Positions 48,316 to 58,737 are shown, numbered from the stretch's first letter. The stretch is 64,000 nt of DNA from Candidatus Pseudothioglobus aerophilus (GCA_014384565.1 JACNFO010000039.1:623-64622); one strand, 5' to 3'. The notes: generated from the letters alone by a model not told the origin. Made by a program: numbers and translations.

Positions 48316-51210
48316 TTAAAAAATATGCTTGTATGATAATTCAGCATTTCTTGAGGAGTCTTGAGAGTTTGTGTTGAAGCCAAGCTTAAGATCCTTATAC
48401 TTTAGACCAATATAACTGGACCTGGCAACTTTAGAGCTTTGATTGTGATTTAAGTTACTTGTTAGAAGATGTTTCACTGAAAAACCAATAGTCTTATCTA
48501 AATCTTTACGATATGACAAACCATAAATAATTTGTCTGCCAGTAGGCTCTAAATTAATATCATTATCTCTATAAGAAATACTCCCATTAGACTCTGCTAA
48601 GTTAGATAGTCGAATTGACATGGCTCCGCCATTTACTCTATTAGGCTGACTGATAGAAAATGAAAAACTGTCGTCGCCTGTTAGATTCTTCTGGGTAGCG
48701 ACTAAACTCACACTAGATGATTTAACATTATTCGCTGAATTTATAAAGCTCTCAGCCGGTCGAGACATATCAGTTTTCGCTGCAGTCGCAACTCCAGTTA
48801 ACGTAAAGTCGTTAGTAAACTTATTCTGGGCTTTAACAGCAGCAAATGTGGTGTTTGACTTTGAGCCTGACATTGAGTACGCATCATTACCTGTTGAGCC
48901 CAACAAGCTATCTTCATCTTGAGTAATGCCAGTCATCAAAGTAAAGGCTGTCTCTGATGGATCGCCATACTCTAATGAAGCTATCAAAGATTTTCTTGAA
49001 CCAGCCACGCCTCCTGTCAAATTACTAATTAGGATCGGAGTTGTAGCGCCTAACAAAAGACGAGATTTACCCAGTTGATAATTTGCACTTAACCCAATAC
49101 CACCCTCTCCAGACTCAAGATATGGCGATTGGTAGTCCGACAGGTCAACTTCAGAATCTGAATTTGAACCAAAGAAACTTTGAACTGGAATTGAACTTGA
49201 GCCCAGAGTCACATTGGTTTCCAATGTGTCTGTTTTAGATAGTGTAGATAAAACCTGACTAAAGTTTTGTTTCCAGACTGAATTATTGCCAAATTCTAGT
49301 TGCTTATCCAGCTTAGATAGTTCGGAGGATAAACTAATAGTTGGTGCTTTATTATCTGTCATATTAACTCGTGTTGACATGTCATACTTAAAGCCACCAC
49401 TCAATGCATCGTATGCGTATCCAACTTCACCAATCAGGCCTTGAGAAATTGCATTACCAAATGAGGCAGATGGCGTTATGTATGATGAGCCAAGCGTAAC
49501 AGCTGCACTCGATTGAATTGAATTACTTGTATATAAAGACATTGAAGCAGGGTTTCCGTCAGAGGTTATTGGACTCAGTGCTGCATAAAAATCTGGCAAC
49601 CCATGGCCCCAGGTAGAGTGATAACCGTGTTTGACACTATTGCCGTGAGTTGAAAAGGTCGTGTTACCTTCAGGCGTAAACCATACATTATTAGCTGAAG
49701 CCAATATTCTATCTACTAACTGTTCAGGTGTATGATTTGGAAAAGCTTGAGCCATTAATGCCACTCCTCCAGAGACCATTGGCGCTGACCAAGATGACCC
49801 ATAAGATGTTCTCGAAGCATTGTATTGACTGGTCCCACTGTCTACATATGTTGCTGCGTAAACATCCCACCCATCTACTGATAAGCAATATTCTGCTGTC
49901 GAACCACATTTATTTCCTTTTAGCGTAAATTCTGATGAAGTGGCATTGGACAAATCTGAGTCACCAGTGTATTGAACAACATTTGCAACTAACCACGCCT
50001 CACCAAGATCAGGAAACAACTCTGGCAAGCCTGCCATAGCGCTTGCATCTGACTCACCAACATCATTAGCAGCGGCCCAAACTATCACTCCAGAGGATTC
50101 AAAGTTATTTAATGCTGTAACGTAAGTATTTGAATCTGTTAAAGCCTGGCCAGAGGATGAGCCGTGCATTAAAACTGCTAAACCCTGAGCATTCGTTAAA
50201 CTATTACTTGATATATATGATTCAAGTTCAGATATGTTATAACTCGTACCACCTGAATTATAACCCCAACTCTGGTTGGAAACTATTGCACCTGCAGCTC
50301 TTGCAGCATCTAGATCACTTGCATAATCATCCCCCTCGTTGGAGCCTTCAAAATTTGGAATGCTGGACAGAACTAGGTCAGCATCTGGAGCAACGCCGCT
50401 TCTAGCGCTAACATCTCCAGCAGCAAACATGGCTACGCCTTGACAATGATTATCACTAGATGTAGCTGAGTCGAAGGTACTCTCTCCTGAACCGCCATCA
50501 TCAAGATTTGTTATTGTTTTATTATCATAAATATCATGATTAACATCACAGTTGAAATCAGCTATATGAATTATTTCACCAACTCCAGTTAAAGAAACTC
50601 CACCGGATGAAAATGATTGTACTTTATGAAGTCCCATTTGCTCATAAGCATGAGTCGCTCCAGCAGCCTCACTAGCAGTCCATGTAGCTCTATTTTTGAT
50701 AGTATTCTGTTCAGCAGTACTGCCCTCAGTAAAGGCAGTTCCAGTCCTTAAGGCATACTCAGTAATCGTTAATGTAACGCTTTGAGTTCCGCTCTCTGTT
50801 GCACTTGACCCTGAAACTGATGAAATAGCAATAATGACTGTCTCATCCCCTTCATAAGTTGAGTCATCAGTCGTTGTAAATGTTTTAGTTCCAGTGATTG
50901 ATCCTGAAGAAATAGTGATTATTTGTCCATCGAGTGAGGAGTAGTCTGTTCCGTTAGTTGCGGTTCCAGATGTTGAGAGAGTTACAGTAATATTTTCACA
51001 AGAAGTAGCAGATGCTGTTGCAGTTAGGGTAACACTATCATTTGAACTTTCAGCAATTGAAGAATCAGATACTGCAAGGGTAACCGTTTGTCCTGTAGAT
51101 CCTGAACAAGCTGATACTACTGCACTTGAGCTCCCACCTCCACGACCACAACCCGCTAGAAGTGATAACATTAGAATAATAATATAAAAGTTTTTATAAT
51201 TCACTCGCAA
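48316..51210 (-). CDS. Lipoprotein S8 (subtilisin-like) peptidase with Calx-beta domain and probable C-terminal beta-barrel
   Basis: Lipobox LLAGC; Calx-beta (ATNGTDY...DDSTYEGDETV); triad IAD / NHCQGVA / GSSWSAPMVSG; C-terminal YKHIF. Confidence 0.8.
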   Translation of the reverse strand: MRVNYKNFYIIILMLSLLAGCGRGGGSSSAVVSACSGSTGQTVTLAVSDSSIAESSNDSVTLTATASATSCENITVTLSTSGTATNGTDYSSLDGQIITISSGSITGTKTFTTTDDSTYEGDETVIIAISSVSGSSATESGTQSVTLTITEYALRTGTAFTEGSTAEQNTIKNRATWTASEAAGATHAYEQMGLHKVQSFSSGGVSLTGVGEIIHIADFNCDVNHDIYDNKTITNLDDGGSGESTFDSATSSDNHCQGVAMFAAGDVSARSGVAPDADLVLSSIPNFEGSNEGDDYASDLDAARAAGAIVSNQSWGYNSGGTSYNISELESYISSNSLTNAQGLAVLMHGSSSGQALTDSNTYVTALNNFESSGVIVWAAANDVGESDASAMAGLPELFPDLGEAWLVANVVQYTGDSDLSNATSSEFTLKGNKCGSTAEYCLSVDGWDVYAATYVDSGTSQYNASRTSYGSSWSAPMVSGGVALMAQAFPNHTPEQLVDRILASANNVWFTPEGNTTFSTHGNSVKHGYHSTWGHGLPDFYAALSPITSDGNPASMSLYTSNSIQSSAAVTLGSSYITPSASFGNAISQGLIGEVGYAYDALSGGFKYDMSTRVNMTDNKAPTISLSSELSKLDKQLEFGNNSVWKQNFSQVLSTLSKTDTLETNVTLGSSSIPVQSFFGSNSDSEVDLSDYQSPYLESGEGGIGLSANYQLGKSRLLLGATTPILISNLTGGVAGSRKSLIASLEYGDPSETAFTLMTGITQDEDSLLGSTGNDAYSMSGSKSNTTFAAVKAQNKFTNDFTLTGVATAAKTDMSRPAESFINSANNVKSSSVSLVATQKNLTGDDSFSFSISQPNRVNGGAMSIRLSNLAESNGSISYRDNDINLEPTGRQIIYGLSYRKDLDKTIGFSVKHLLTSNLNHNQSSKVARSSYIGLKYKDLKLGFNTNSQDSSRNAELSYKHIF

Positions 51211-51229
51211 GAATATACTCTTAATTAAA

Positions 51230-51270
51230 TTTAAAATTAAAATTTAAGATTTAAGATTTAAGATTAAAAA
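51230..51270. repeat. Short tandem heptamer repeat (TTTAAGA)x3 with degenerate flanking copies
   Basis: tttaaaa ttaaaa tttaaga tttaaga tttaaga ttaaaaa, just upstream of the S8 peptidase start. Confidence 0.5.
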
Positions 51271-51367
51271 ATTATTGTATTAATTAAAACATACTGTTTC
51301 AATAAATAAACAGAGCGATTGCTAAAATACATTTATAATTTTTATCTTTAAGATCACCACAACTATA

Positions 51368-52246
51368 ATGGCATTTAGATCAATAGAGGCAGTAATAGCT
51401 CCTGGCAACCTTCATTTTGTTGGGGACGGATTCAGGGTACATGGGATCCTTGGAAGAGAGGAGCCGCTTACTATGAAGCGTATGAGCCCATTTCTTTTAA
51501 TGGACTATGGTCCAACACATTACTTTCCGCCAAATAATGGCGCCCCACGAGGTGTCGGCTCGCATCCTCACAGAGGCATTGAAACGGTTACGATTGCTTA
51601 CAAAGGAAGGGTTGAGCACCATGACAGTAGCGGTGGTGGTGGGATCATTGCAGAGGGTGATGTGCAGTGGATGACCTCAGGCTCTGGCATTCTTCATAAA
51701 GAGTATCACGAGAAAAACTTTGGCAAAAAAGGCGGCGAGATGCAGATGGTTCAGCTCTGGGTTAACCTTCCAGCCAAAGACAAAATGACAACACCCAAAT
51801 ACCAAAACCTTAATAAAAAAAATATTACGACGGTTCAGTTAGAAAATAATGCGGGCTCTGTAGACATTATCGCCGGTGATTTTGAGGGCAGTAAAGGCCC
51901 AGCCTCGACGTTTACCCCTTTGAGTCTATACAACGTTCACCTAAATAAAGGCAAGGGAACTAGCTTTAGCTTTACCGCTAGTCACAACACAGGACTTCTA
52001 ATTACTAAAGGAAGTGCTACAATCAACAACATTGAAAAAGCCCCAGCAAACCACTTTGTCCTCTTTGAAAATGACGGCAAAGAGTTCACCATTAGGGCAG
52101 ATGAAGATGCAACCATTCTGATTCTTAGCGGCGAGCCTATCGATGAGCCTATTGCCTCATATGGCCCGTTCGTGATGAACACCAATGCAGAGATAAAACA
52201 AACAATTGATGACTTTAATAGCGGTAAGTTTGGATACTTAGACTAA
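51368..52246 (+). CDS. Pirin family protein
   Basis: PFLLMDY, HPHRGIETVT, QWMTSGSGILHKE, QLWVNLP, GPFVMNT. Confidence 0.92.
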   Translation: MAFRSIEAVIAPGNLHFVGDGFRVHGILGREEPLTMKRMSPFLLMDYGPTHYFPPNNGAPRGVGSHPHRGIETVTIAYKGRVEHHDSSGGGGIIAEGDVQWMTSGSGILHKEYHEKNFGKKGGEMQMVQLWVNLPAKDKMTTPKYQNLNKKNITTVQLENNAGSVDIIAGDFEGSKGPASTFTPLSLYNVHLNKGKGTSFSFTASHNTGLLITKGSATINNIEKAPANHFVLFENDGKEFTIRADEDATILILSGEPIDEPIASYGPFVMNTNAEIKQTIDDFNSGKFGYLD

Positions 52247-53562
52247 TGCTCCGAAGATTTTTCTAGAGCTGGGTATTTAAATCCCAAAGTAACGCCCCTA
52301 GCTATTGAAAAAATAATCAATGAAGCCCAAAGCCCATGATTGCCATAGCTAGGAAGAAGAAGCGCCAATGCAATCAAATAGATACAAAAAGAAATAAACA
52401 TCATATTGCGCATATCAGCTGTCCTTGTAGCACCGATAAAGATACCATCTAACATCCATGCGGCAACGCCTGCCAGAGGCGCAGCAACCATCCAAGGTAA
52501 ATATTCATAACTAACAACCCTTACATCCTCTGCTGTTGTCATAACATTAATGATGCTATTGCCAAAAACAAAAAATGCTAGCGCCATTAGAATCACTGAG
52601 CCAAGACCCCATTGACTTGTCATTATTACTGCTCTTCTAAAAAGAGGTCTATTTTTAGCGCCAAGAGCTTGCCCTACCAAAGCCTCTGCTGCAAAGGCGA
52701 ACCCATCAAGAGCATAAGCAGTAATATTTAAAAATTGAATCAACACCTGGTTAGCAGCTAGCGTTGCATCATCAAAACTTGAACCTAGAAATAAAAAGCT
52801 GACGAAACCAATTTCTAACAAAATTGAGCGAATCATTATGTCACTATTCACTTTGGCCATTTGAATTAGGCGCACTCTATCGAATATCTGAATCCAGTTT
52901 TTCCAGTAGCCATTATTAAAGCCTTCTCTTGCAAGCCAGAGTCCAAATATAAGGCCTGACCATTCTGCTATTAGAGTTGCAATAGCAACCCCTTCAACGC
53001 CCCATCCAAGGTTTAAAACAAACACTAAATCTAATGTAATGTTGATTCCATTAAGTGCCAGCTGAAGCAGCAAGACTTCACGGGTTTTTTCTTTAGCAAT
53101 AAGCCAGCCAGTAATACCAAAAAGAGCGATAGCAGCAGGCGCGCTATAGACCCTAATCTGTAAGTATTTTTGCGCTAAGCTTTCTACTTCCATAGAGGCT
53201 GGAGATAACTGGAGAGCCCCTAAAAATATAGGTACCTGGACAATGATTAACACCAAGCCAGCTACGAGGCCAATAATAATTCCTCGAACTAAAAGGGCAG
53301 ATGTTTCAGGTTTATCGCCAGAGCCGATGGCTTGCGCGGTAAGGCCTGTTGTCCCCATTCGTAAGAAACCAAACAGCCAATAAATTGCAGTAATGATGAT
53401 TGCGCCAATGCCAACAGCGCCAATTGGAGCAGCCAAACCCAATTGCCCGACAACTGCAGTATCGACAGCGCCTAAAATTGGGATCGTAGCGTTAGCCAAT
53501 ACTATTGGAATAGCCACACCTAAGACTCTCTTGTGCGAAAGACCTGTAGAATTATTTTGCAT
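52243..53562 (-). CDS. MATE family efflux transporter (DinF-like)
   Basis: PILGAVDTAVVG, FLRMGTTG, LDGFAFAAE, DGIFIG. Confidence 0.9.
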   Translation of the reverse strand: MQNNSTGLSHKRVLGVAIPIVLANATIPILGAVDTAVVGQLGLAAPIGAVGIGAIIITAIYWLFGFLRMGTTGLTAQAIGSGDKPETSALLVRGIIIGLVAGLVLIIVQVPIFLGALQLSPASMEVESLAQKYLQIRVYSAPAAIALFGITGWLIAKEKTREVLLLQLALNGINITLDLVFVLNLGWGVEGVAIATLIAEWSGLIFGLWLAREGFNNGYWKNWIQIFDRVRLIQMAKVNSDIMIRSILLEIGFVSFLFLGSSFDDATLAANQVLIQFLNITAYALDGFAFAAEALVGQALGAKNRPLFRRAVIMTSQWGLGSVILMALAFFVFGNSIINVMTTAEDVRVVSYEYLPWMVAAPLAGVAAWMLDGIFIGATRTADMRNMMFISFCIYLIALALLLPSYGNHGLWASLIIFSIARGVTLGFKYPALEKSSEH

Positions 53563-53584
53563 TTTTATGGCTTAATTGATACCC

Positions 53585-53947
53585 TTAAAGAGTGTTTCTT
53601 TTAAATTTTTGATTAAAGAGCTTAAATCGCCAGTACAGTATAAAAGCAAGGAAAGCATATACTAGCTTAGCAATACTAAAAACTCCTGGAGTGCTTACAA
53701 ATTTTGCGAGCCAGTTATAGCCCTTGGTATTACTCCACACATAGATAAAAGCTTCAACGCCTTTTATTTCTGAGCCGTCTGGAAATTCAACATAAAGTGC
53801 TTTTAAGTACTTATCACCCTTCTGACTGCAGTTTTCATATTCGAGCTGTGAGCGTTTTTTGTAGTGCTTAATTTCAAAGTTACAGATACTGCATTCTTCA
53901 TTAAACAAAACCTTTCCTTCGGATTCAGTTTTCATAATTCTATTCAT
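53585..53947 (-). CDS. DCC1/DUF393-like thiol-disulfide oxidoreductase family protein
   Basis: VLFNEECSIC CxxC near the N-terminus; G..AF..VW pattern. Confidence 0.7.
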   Translation of the reverse strand: MNRIMKTESEGKVLFNEECSICNFEIKHYKKRSQLEYENCSQKGDKYLKALYVEFPDGSEIKGVEAFIYVWSNTKGYNWLAKFVSTPGVFSIAKLVYAFLAFILYWRFKLFNQKFKRNTL

Positions 53948-53971
53948 TAATTATTGCCCTGGCGAAATTAA

Positions 53972-54241
53972 TTACGTACTAAATTTTCCATAAAGATAGC
54001 CAGCGATTGCTGCAAAAATAGCAAATGGAGCTGACATCATAAGCCAGTAAATTATATTATTAATACTCTGATCAACAACAAAAGGACGAATATAAAAGGA
54101 AGTCGAAGCGAAAAGGCTCCAAGCAAAAAAGGTTCGTGCGTAAAAAATAGATTTAGATCCAGACTCTACCTTTGGTCTTGCAATCTTAAAGAAAAGATAC
54201 CCAAAGCCAACTGACACAAGGATACTTATAAAGTTAATCAT
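53972..54241 (-). CDS. Hypothetical small membrane protein
   Basis: 89 aa with three hydrophobic segments; GGAG upstream; co-directional within the run. Confidence 0.55.
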   Translation of the reverse strand: MINFISILVSVGFGYLFFKIARPKVESGSKSIFYARTFFAWSLFASTSFYIRPFVVDQSINNIIYWLMMSAPFAIFAAIAGYLYGKFST

Positions 54242-54274
54242 CTTTTGGATCTCCGAAAATATAAAAAATTAGGC

Positions 54275-55021
54275 CTAACTTTTATTACATATAGGGCACT
54301 TTAAATCTTTACCAATTTTAACCTTTCTAAAACTTAAATCCAACCCGTCAACGAGTAGAAGAGTTCCGCATAGCTCATCCCCTAATCTTAATATAACCTT
54401 GATAGCCTGTAAAGCCTGAATAGTCCCAATGAGTCCAGCTACTGGGGCTAAAACACCATTTTGAACGCAACTCTCATTGTCATCTCCCTCTTCCGAGTAG
54501 AGGCACTGGTAGCAAGGTTGGTCCTTCTCATAACCTTTAAAAACAGAAACCTGACCTTCAAAACGAATCACCGCAGCTGAAACAAGAGGCTTTTCAAACT
54601 CAACGCAGGCCTTGTTAATTTCAAAGCGACTTTCAAAGTTGTCTGTTCCGTCAAGAACAAGGTCAACACCTTGAACCAATGAAGAAAGGTTACCCGTATG
54701 AACTAGCTCGTTTGCAATCGTTACTTTAATTTCTGGATTAAGCTCAATCAATTTATTTTTAGCAGAATTGACCTTGTCTTCACCGATGTCTTTAGTTTGG
54801 TGAATGATTTGACGTTGGAGATTTGAAAGCTCTACCTGGTCAAAATCAGCAATTATTATATGGCCAACTCCCGCAGCTGCTAAATAAAGAGCTGTCGGGG
54901 ATCCAAGACCACCCATACCAATAATTAGTACTGTAGAGTCCATAATTTTCTGTTGCCCCTCAATATCAATCTGAGGCAACATGATTTGCTTAGAGTATCT
55001 GAGTAGCTCCTGATCTTTCAT
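54275..55021 (-). CDS. MoeB/ThiF family sulfur-carrier adenylyltransferase
   Basis: RYSKQI, GMGGLGS, DFDQVELSNLQRQ, DGTDNF, CYQC...CPIC. Confidence 0.87.
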   Translation of the reverse strand: MKDQELLRYSKQIMLPQIDIEGQQKIMDSTVLIIGMGGLGSPTALYLAAAGVGHIIIADFDQVELSNLQRQIIHQTKDIGEDKVNSAKNKLIELNPEIKVTIANELVHTGNLSSLVQGVDLVLDGTDNFESRFEINKACVEFEKPLVSAAVIRFEGQVSVFKGYEKDQPCYQCLYSEEGDDNESCVQNGVLAPVAGLIGTIQALQAIKVILRLGDELCGTLLLVDGLDLSFRKVKIGKDLKCPICNKS

Positions 55022-55025
55022 TAAT

Positions 55026-55514
55026 TTATTGCTTAAAGTACTTATTAATTTTTGGCAAAATTACCATTTGACAGTAGGGCTGATTAGCGTTGTTGTTGAA
55101 GTAATCTTGGTGATAAGCCTCTGCAGGATAGAATACATCAAGCGCTGTAATTTCAGTTACTGCGCCCTTTATGTTTCCAATAACTGAAGTTGCAATTTGC
55201 TTCTGTGAATCATTGGTATGAAAGATTGCCGATCGGTACTGCGTTCCTTTGTCTGCGCCCTGCTGATTTAGGGTCATTGGATTGTGAGTCTCAACAAAAA
55301 CCTCTAATAAAGATTCATAGGTAACTTCGCTCTCATCGTAGTCAATTTTTAAGACTTCTGCGTGTCCAGTTTGGCCGGTACATATTGCCTCATAAGTTGG
55401 GTTTTGAGTCGACCCATTACAATAGCCATTTTTTACTTCTTTGACGCCGTTAACACGCTGGAAGATTGCTTCTACGCACCAAAAGCAACCACCGGCAAGA
55501 TAAGCTGTTTGCAT
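55026..55514 (-). CDS. msrA: Peptide methionine sulfoxide reductase A
   Basis: GGCFWCVE, GHAEV, GTQYRSAI, AEAYHQDY. Confidence 0.94.
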   Translation of the reverse strand: MQTAYLAGGCFWCVEAIFQRVNGVKEVKNGYCNGSTQNPTYEAICTGQTGHAEVLKIDYDESEVTYESLLEVFVETHNPMTLNQQGADKGTQYRSAIFHTNDSQKQIATSVIGNIKGAVTEITALDVFYPAEAYHQDYFNNNANQPYCQMVILPKINKYFKQ

Positions 55515-55719
55515 AATTAATTGTCGTTTATTAAAAGAATGTAGTATATCTTATGACGACAAAAGAATGAATAAATGAACTCTAAATCTTAGCTGCGATT
55601 GAATTGCAAATTCCATCACTAAGTCTTTTCAAACTAAATCTCCGCACAAAATCTTATAACTACTTTAAGATATGCATTTGAGTGTCTATAATTCTCAATA
55701 AGTAATATATCCTAAAGGA

Positions 55720-56811
55720 GTGGTTTTGGAAGGAAGCATCAATAGAAGTCATGGTAATGGCCTAGTATTAATTCTTTTAGCGCTTGCTATTCTTGCCTTA
55801 GTTTGGCTATTTACTCCCTTTATTGCCTACCTTTTCCTATCCCTATTGATCTGCATATCAACTTTCAGTAGCTTTGTAAATCTGTCTCAAAAATACTCAA
55901 AAAATCGTGCTGCAATTCTAATGACGCTGCTAGTGACTATGCTTCTAATACTGCCCCTTGGGTACATCCTACTGGTTAGTGGAATAGAGGTTACTGCTCT
56001 TATTAACAAACTGCAAAATGACTTTCAGATGAGTGAAATCAGCAGGATAACTGACGAAATAATTATGGGGCTACCTCTATCGGACTCGATACGTGAGTTT
56101 CTTGATAGCTCTCTTCGCAACAACCTTGAATCTATTGCAATTGCTATTAAAGACTTTTCGATTGTAATTTTGAAAAGCATTACTACGCTGTCTAGTCAGT
56201 TTATCTTTTTCGTTATTATTACAATCTTTTCTCTGTACTACTTTTATATTGATGGCCCATCATTCATTGACAAGATTAAAAAAGTATCTCCTCTAGATAA
56301 AAAAATTGATGATTTACTTCTTAACCAATTCTCTGGATTGTCTTTAACTTTAGTAGGCAGCGTCTTTTTAATCTCAATAACCCAAGGAGTTGCGTTTGCA
56401 ATAGGCGTAATGATTATTGGATTGCCAGCCTTATTTTTTGGAGTTGCAATGGCTCTAGCAAGCTTTATTCCGATACTAGGAGGAGTCCTAGTCTGGCTTC
56501 CTTTGTCGATCTACTTGTTTGCAACAGGGGAGTCGGTAAACGCATTAATCATTATCTTTTTTGGAGCAATTTTAGCGGGCACACTCATTGATAATTTTCT
56601 TAGGCCCATTATTATTATGAAATTATCGAGCTCTATGAATCATAAAAGTGCTTTAAATCATACGCTTATCACTGTACTTTCAACCCTAGCTGGGATAATT
56701 AAGTTTGGTATTCTAGGGCTCTTTATTGGGCCAATAATTGCCGCAATGTCGATTACTATATTTGAGATTTATCAAATTCAATTTGGTAGCTCTGACCAAG
56801 CCTCTAAATAA
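55720..56811 (+). CDS. AI-2E/PerM family transporter
   Basis: About 8 TM segments; SFIPILGG, IDNFLRP, FGILGLFIGP. Confidence 0.85.
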   Translation: MVLEGSINRSHGNGLVLILLALAILALVWLFTPFIAYLFLSLLICISTFSSFVNLSQKYSKNRAAILMTLLVTMLLILPLGYILLVSGIEVTALINKLQNDFQMSEISRITDEIIMGLPLSDSIREFLDSSLRNNLESIAIAIKDFSIVILKSITTLSSQFIFFVIITIFSLYYFYIDGPSFIDKIKKVSPLDKKIDDLLLNQFSGLSLTLVGSVFLISITQGVAFAIGVMIIGLPALFFGVAMALASFIPILGGVLVWLPLSIYLFATGESVNALIIIFFGAILAGTLIDNFLRPIIIMKLSSSMNHKSALNHTLITVLSTLAGIIKFGILGLFIGPIIAAMSITIFEIYQIQFGSSDQASK

Positions 56812-56824
56812 AAACCTCTTAACT

Positions 56825-57019
56825 ATGAATATAAATGGATTAATAGAAATGGCTTGGAGTGATGAGGCAACCTTTTCAGATATTGAAAGAGAATTTGGCA
56901 TTAAAGAGCCAGAGGTTAAACGCATCATGCAAAGTAATCTCAAGCCAGGATCTTACAGACTTTGGCGAAAACGAGTGCGCTGGATAAAAGAAAAGCAAAA
57001 AAAACACCTTAAAGTTTAA
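56825..57019 (+). CDS. TIGR03643-like small conserved protein
   Basis: IEMAWSDEATFSDI..EFG..E.EV..IM..NLKPGSYRLWRKRV; start at ATG 56825. Confidence 0.8.
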   Translation: MNINGLIEMAWSDEATFSDIEREFGIKEPEVKRIMQSNLKPGSYRLWRKRVRWIKEKQKKHLKV

Positions 57020-57098
57020 TATTAAAACCACACTCTAGCGCAGAGGTATTTTCTAAAACAGCCAACTAAAAATTTGACTATAACAGTAAAATAATCAC

Positions 57099-57356
57099 AT
57101 GGGATTAAATACAGACATTAGTGAAGTTATTACGCAGATAGATAAGATAATTACTTCGCAAGATGGCAGATGGCTCGATGTGTCTGACTACAATCTAAAG
57201 AGTAAAGATCGTAAAAATATGAAATCAGTGTATGGCTTAATCCATGACATTCTTCATCATGTTGATAATGATCAAAGGATTATTGATCGAATCCATAAAA
57301 AAAATCTAGATTATCTTTACAAGAAGACTAATGAGCACGTAAAAGGCCTGGGTTAG
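57099..57356 (+). CDS. Hypothetical protein
   Basis: 85-aa ORF filling the intergenic space; no motif recognised. Confidence 0.55.
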   Translation: MGLNTDISEVITQIDKIITSQDGRWLDVSDYNLKSKDRKNMKSVYGLIHDILHHVDNDQRIIDRIHKKNLDYLYKKTNEHVKGLG

Positions 57357-57385
57357 AAAAAATCGAAATTACTTTGCTTTTGACA

Positions 57386-57811
57386 TCATGAAGTTTCGAG
57401 ATTCTTTAATTTACTTAAAGCGCTCACAACATCCTCATCACTCTTTAAGGATTCATGAATGAAGTCAAAATAATTAAATTCTTGGTCCTGAAATTCTATA
57501 CTTGTCCTCGGGTAGTACCATCTTTCACTCATTGCGCCAAGAACAAACTCTTTATCACGCCATAAAAACTTACGGACATGGTTGAAAACTATCTCAATAT
57601 CATGCTCTGCCTTTAGGCATGACCATATAAGAGATTCATCCTTCCAAAACTCTATTGAAAAAGCGCCGTATTGCTCTTCGCTTAAGGAGCCATCAATAAC
57701 CCCCTCTTTAACCTCTTCTAGAGATTTCTGAGCCCATTCTTCATAGCGTTTTAATTTTTTTTCTTCTTGCTCTGAATAGCCATCTTGATAAAAGTATTTC
57801 TGGTCTGCCAT
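57386..57811 (-). CDS. Hypothetical acidic protein, possible DUF4116-like repeats
   Basis: WRDKEFVLGAM and IHESLKSDEDVV resemble DUF4116 units. Confidence 0.6.
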   Translation of the reverse strand: MADQKYFYQDGYSEQEEKKLKRYEEWAQKSLEEVKEGVIDGSLSEEQYGAFSIEFWKDESLIWSCLKAEHDIEIVFNHVRKFLWRDKEFVLGAMSERWYYPRTSIEFQDQEFNYFDFIHESLKSDEDVVSALSKLKNLETS

Positions 57812-57992
57812 TTTTTACTTTTCTATAATTAATCTAACGAGTAGGATACAGTATGACAAAAAATATACTAAAGCAATAATTAGAACGTATCTAATTTAAA
57901 TCAGTAAAAAACGTTCAATTAATATACTTTTGACTCAACTTTGCAGTGGTTTTTCGCTAAAATTCCAACTTACTTTTCTCATTTACCAATCT

Positions 57993-58439
57993 ATGCTTAA
58001 AGAGTTAATTCAATATATTAAAGAATACGAAGGCGACAACGATCTTGGTGATTACCTTGATACGAGGTACGTAAGATTGACCGAGCAGCACTATGACCAA
58101 ATAGCGGGAGCTATGTCAGAAGGCGAGTTAGAGCTTAAAAAATCTTCAAGCTGCCCTGCTGAAAGGTTTTTTCTGCACTTCAATGAGACCATTCTTTTTG
58201 TTAACAAGCTAACGCAAGAGCCAAATTCAGTTTATGACGTTGAGATGATTCAAAATGATGGTGCCTCAGAGGATGACAAGGAGCTAATATTTGTATCATT
58301 TTCTATAGATGATGACTACGCGCCTTCACTCAAGAAAAGAATTGCGAGCGGAAAGACAGCTGATGAAAATGCTCAGCAACTTGTGATGCTAAGCGTCATT
58401 CCTATATTAAAGGGCTTTATGATCGCAATAAGCGACTAG
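57993..58439 (+). CDS. Hypothetical protein
   Basis: The ATG at 57993 is a more plausible start than the TTG at 57930; protein-like acidic composition. Confidence 0.6.
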   Translation: MLKELIQYIKEYEGDNDLGDYLDTRYVRLTEQHYDQIAGAMSEGELELKKSSSCPAERFFLHFNETILFVNKLTQEPNSVYDVEMIQNDGASEDDKELIFVSFSIDDDYAPSLKKRIASGKTADENAQQLVMLSVIPILKGFMIAISD

Positions 58440-58441
58440 AC

Positions 58442-58732
58442 TTACTTTTTACCGAGCTGCGTTGCTAACTTTAGCTTAGGACCTGCCTTAAACGTTACAA
58501 CCTTACGAGCACTAATCATAACCTCTTCGCCAGTTTTTGGGTTTCTTCCAGGTCGCGCCGTTTTTTCTCGAACAACAAAATTACCAAAGCTTGACAATTT
58601 AATCTCTTCACCGGTTTTAAGAGTCTCAATAATTTGGTCAAAAAACTGATTGGTTAATGCCAATGCTTGAGTTTGAGTCAGTTCGGTTTTCTTAACGAGG
58701 GTGTTGGCAATATCTTGTTTTGTAAGAGACAT
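58442..58732 (-). CDS. ihfA: Integration host factor alpha subunit
   Basis: SLTKQDIA, IKLSSFGNF, RPGRNPKTGEEV.ISARKVVTFK; directly after pheT. Confidence 0.9.
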   Translation of the reverse strand: MSLTKQDIANTLVKKTELTQTQALALTNQFFDQIIETLKTGEEIKLSSFGNFVVREKTARPGRNPKTGEEVMISARKVVTFKAGPKLKLATQLGKK

Positions 58733-58737
58733 ATTTT

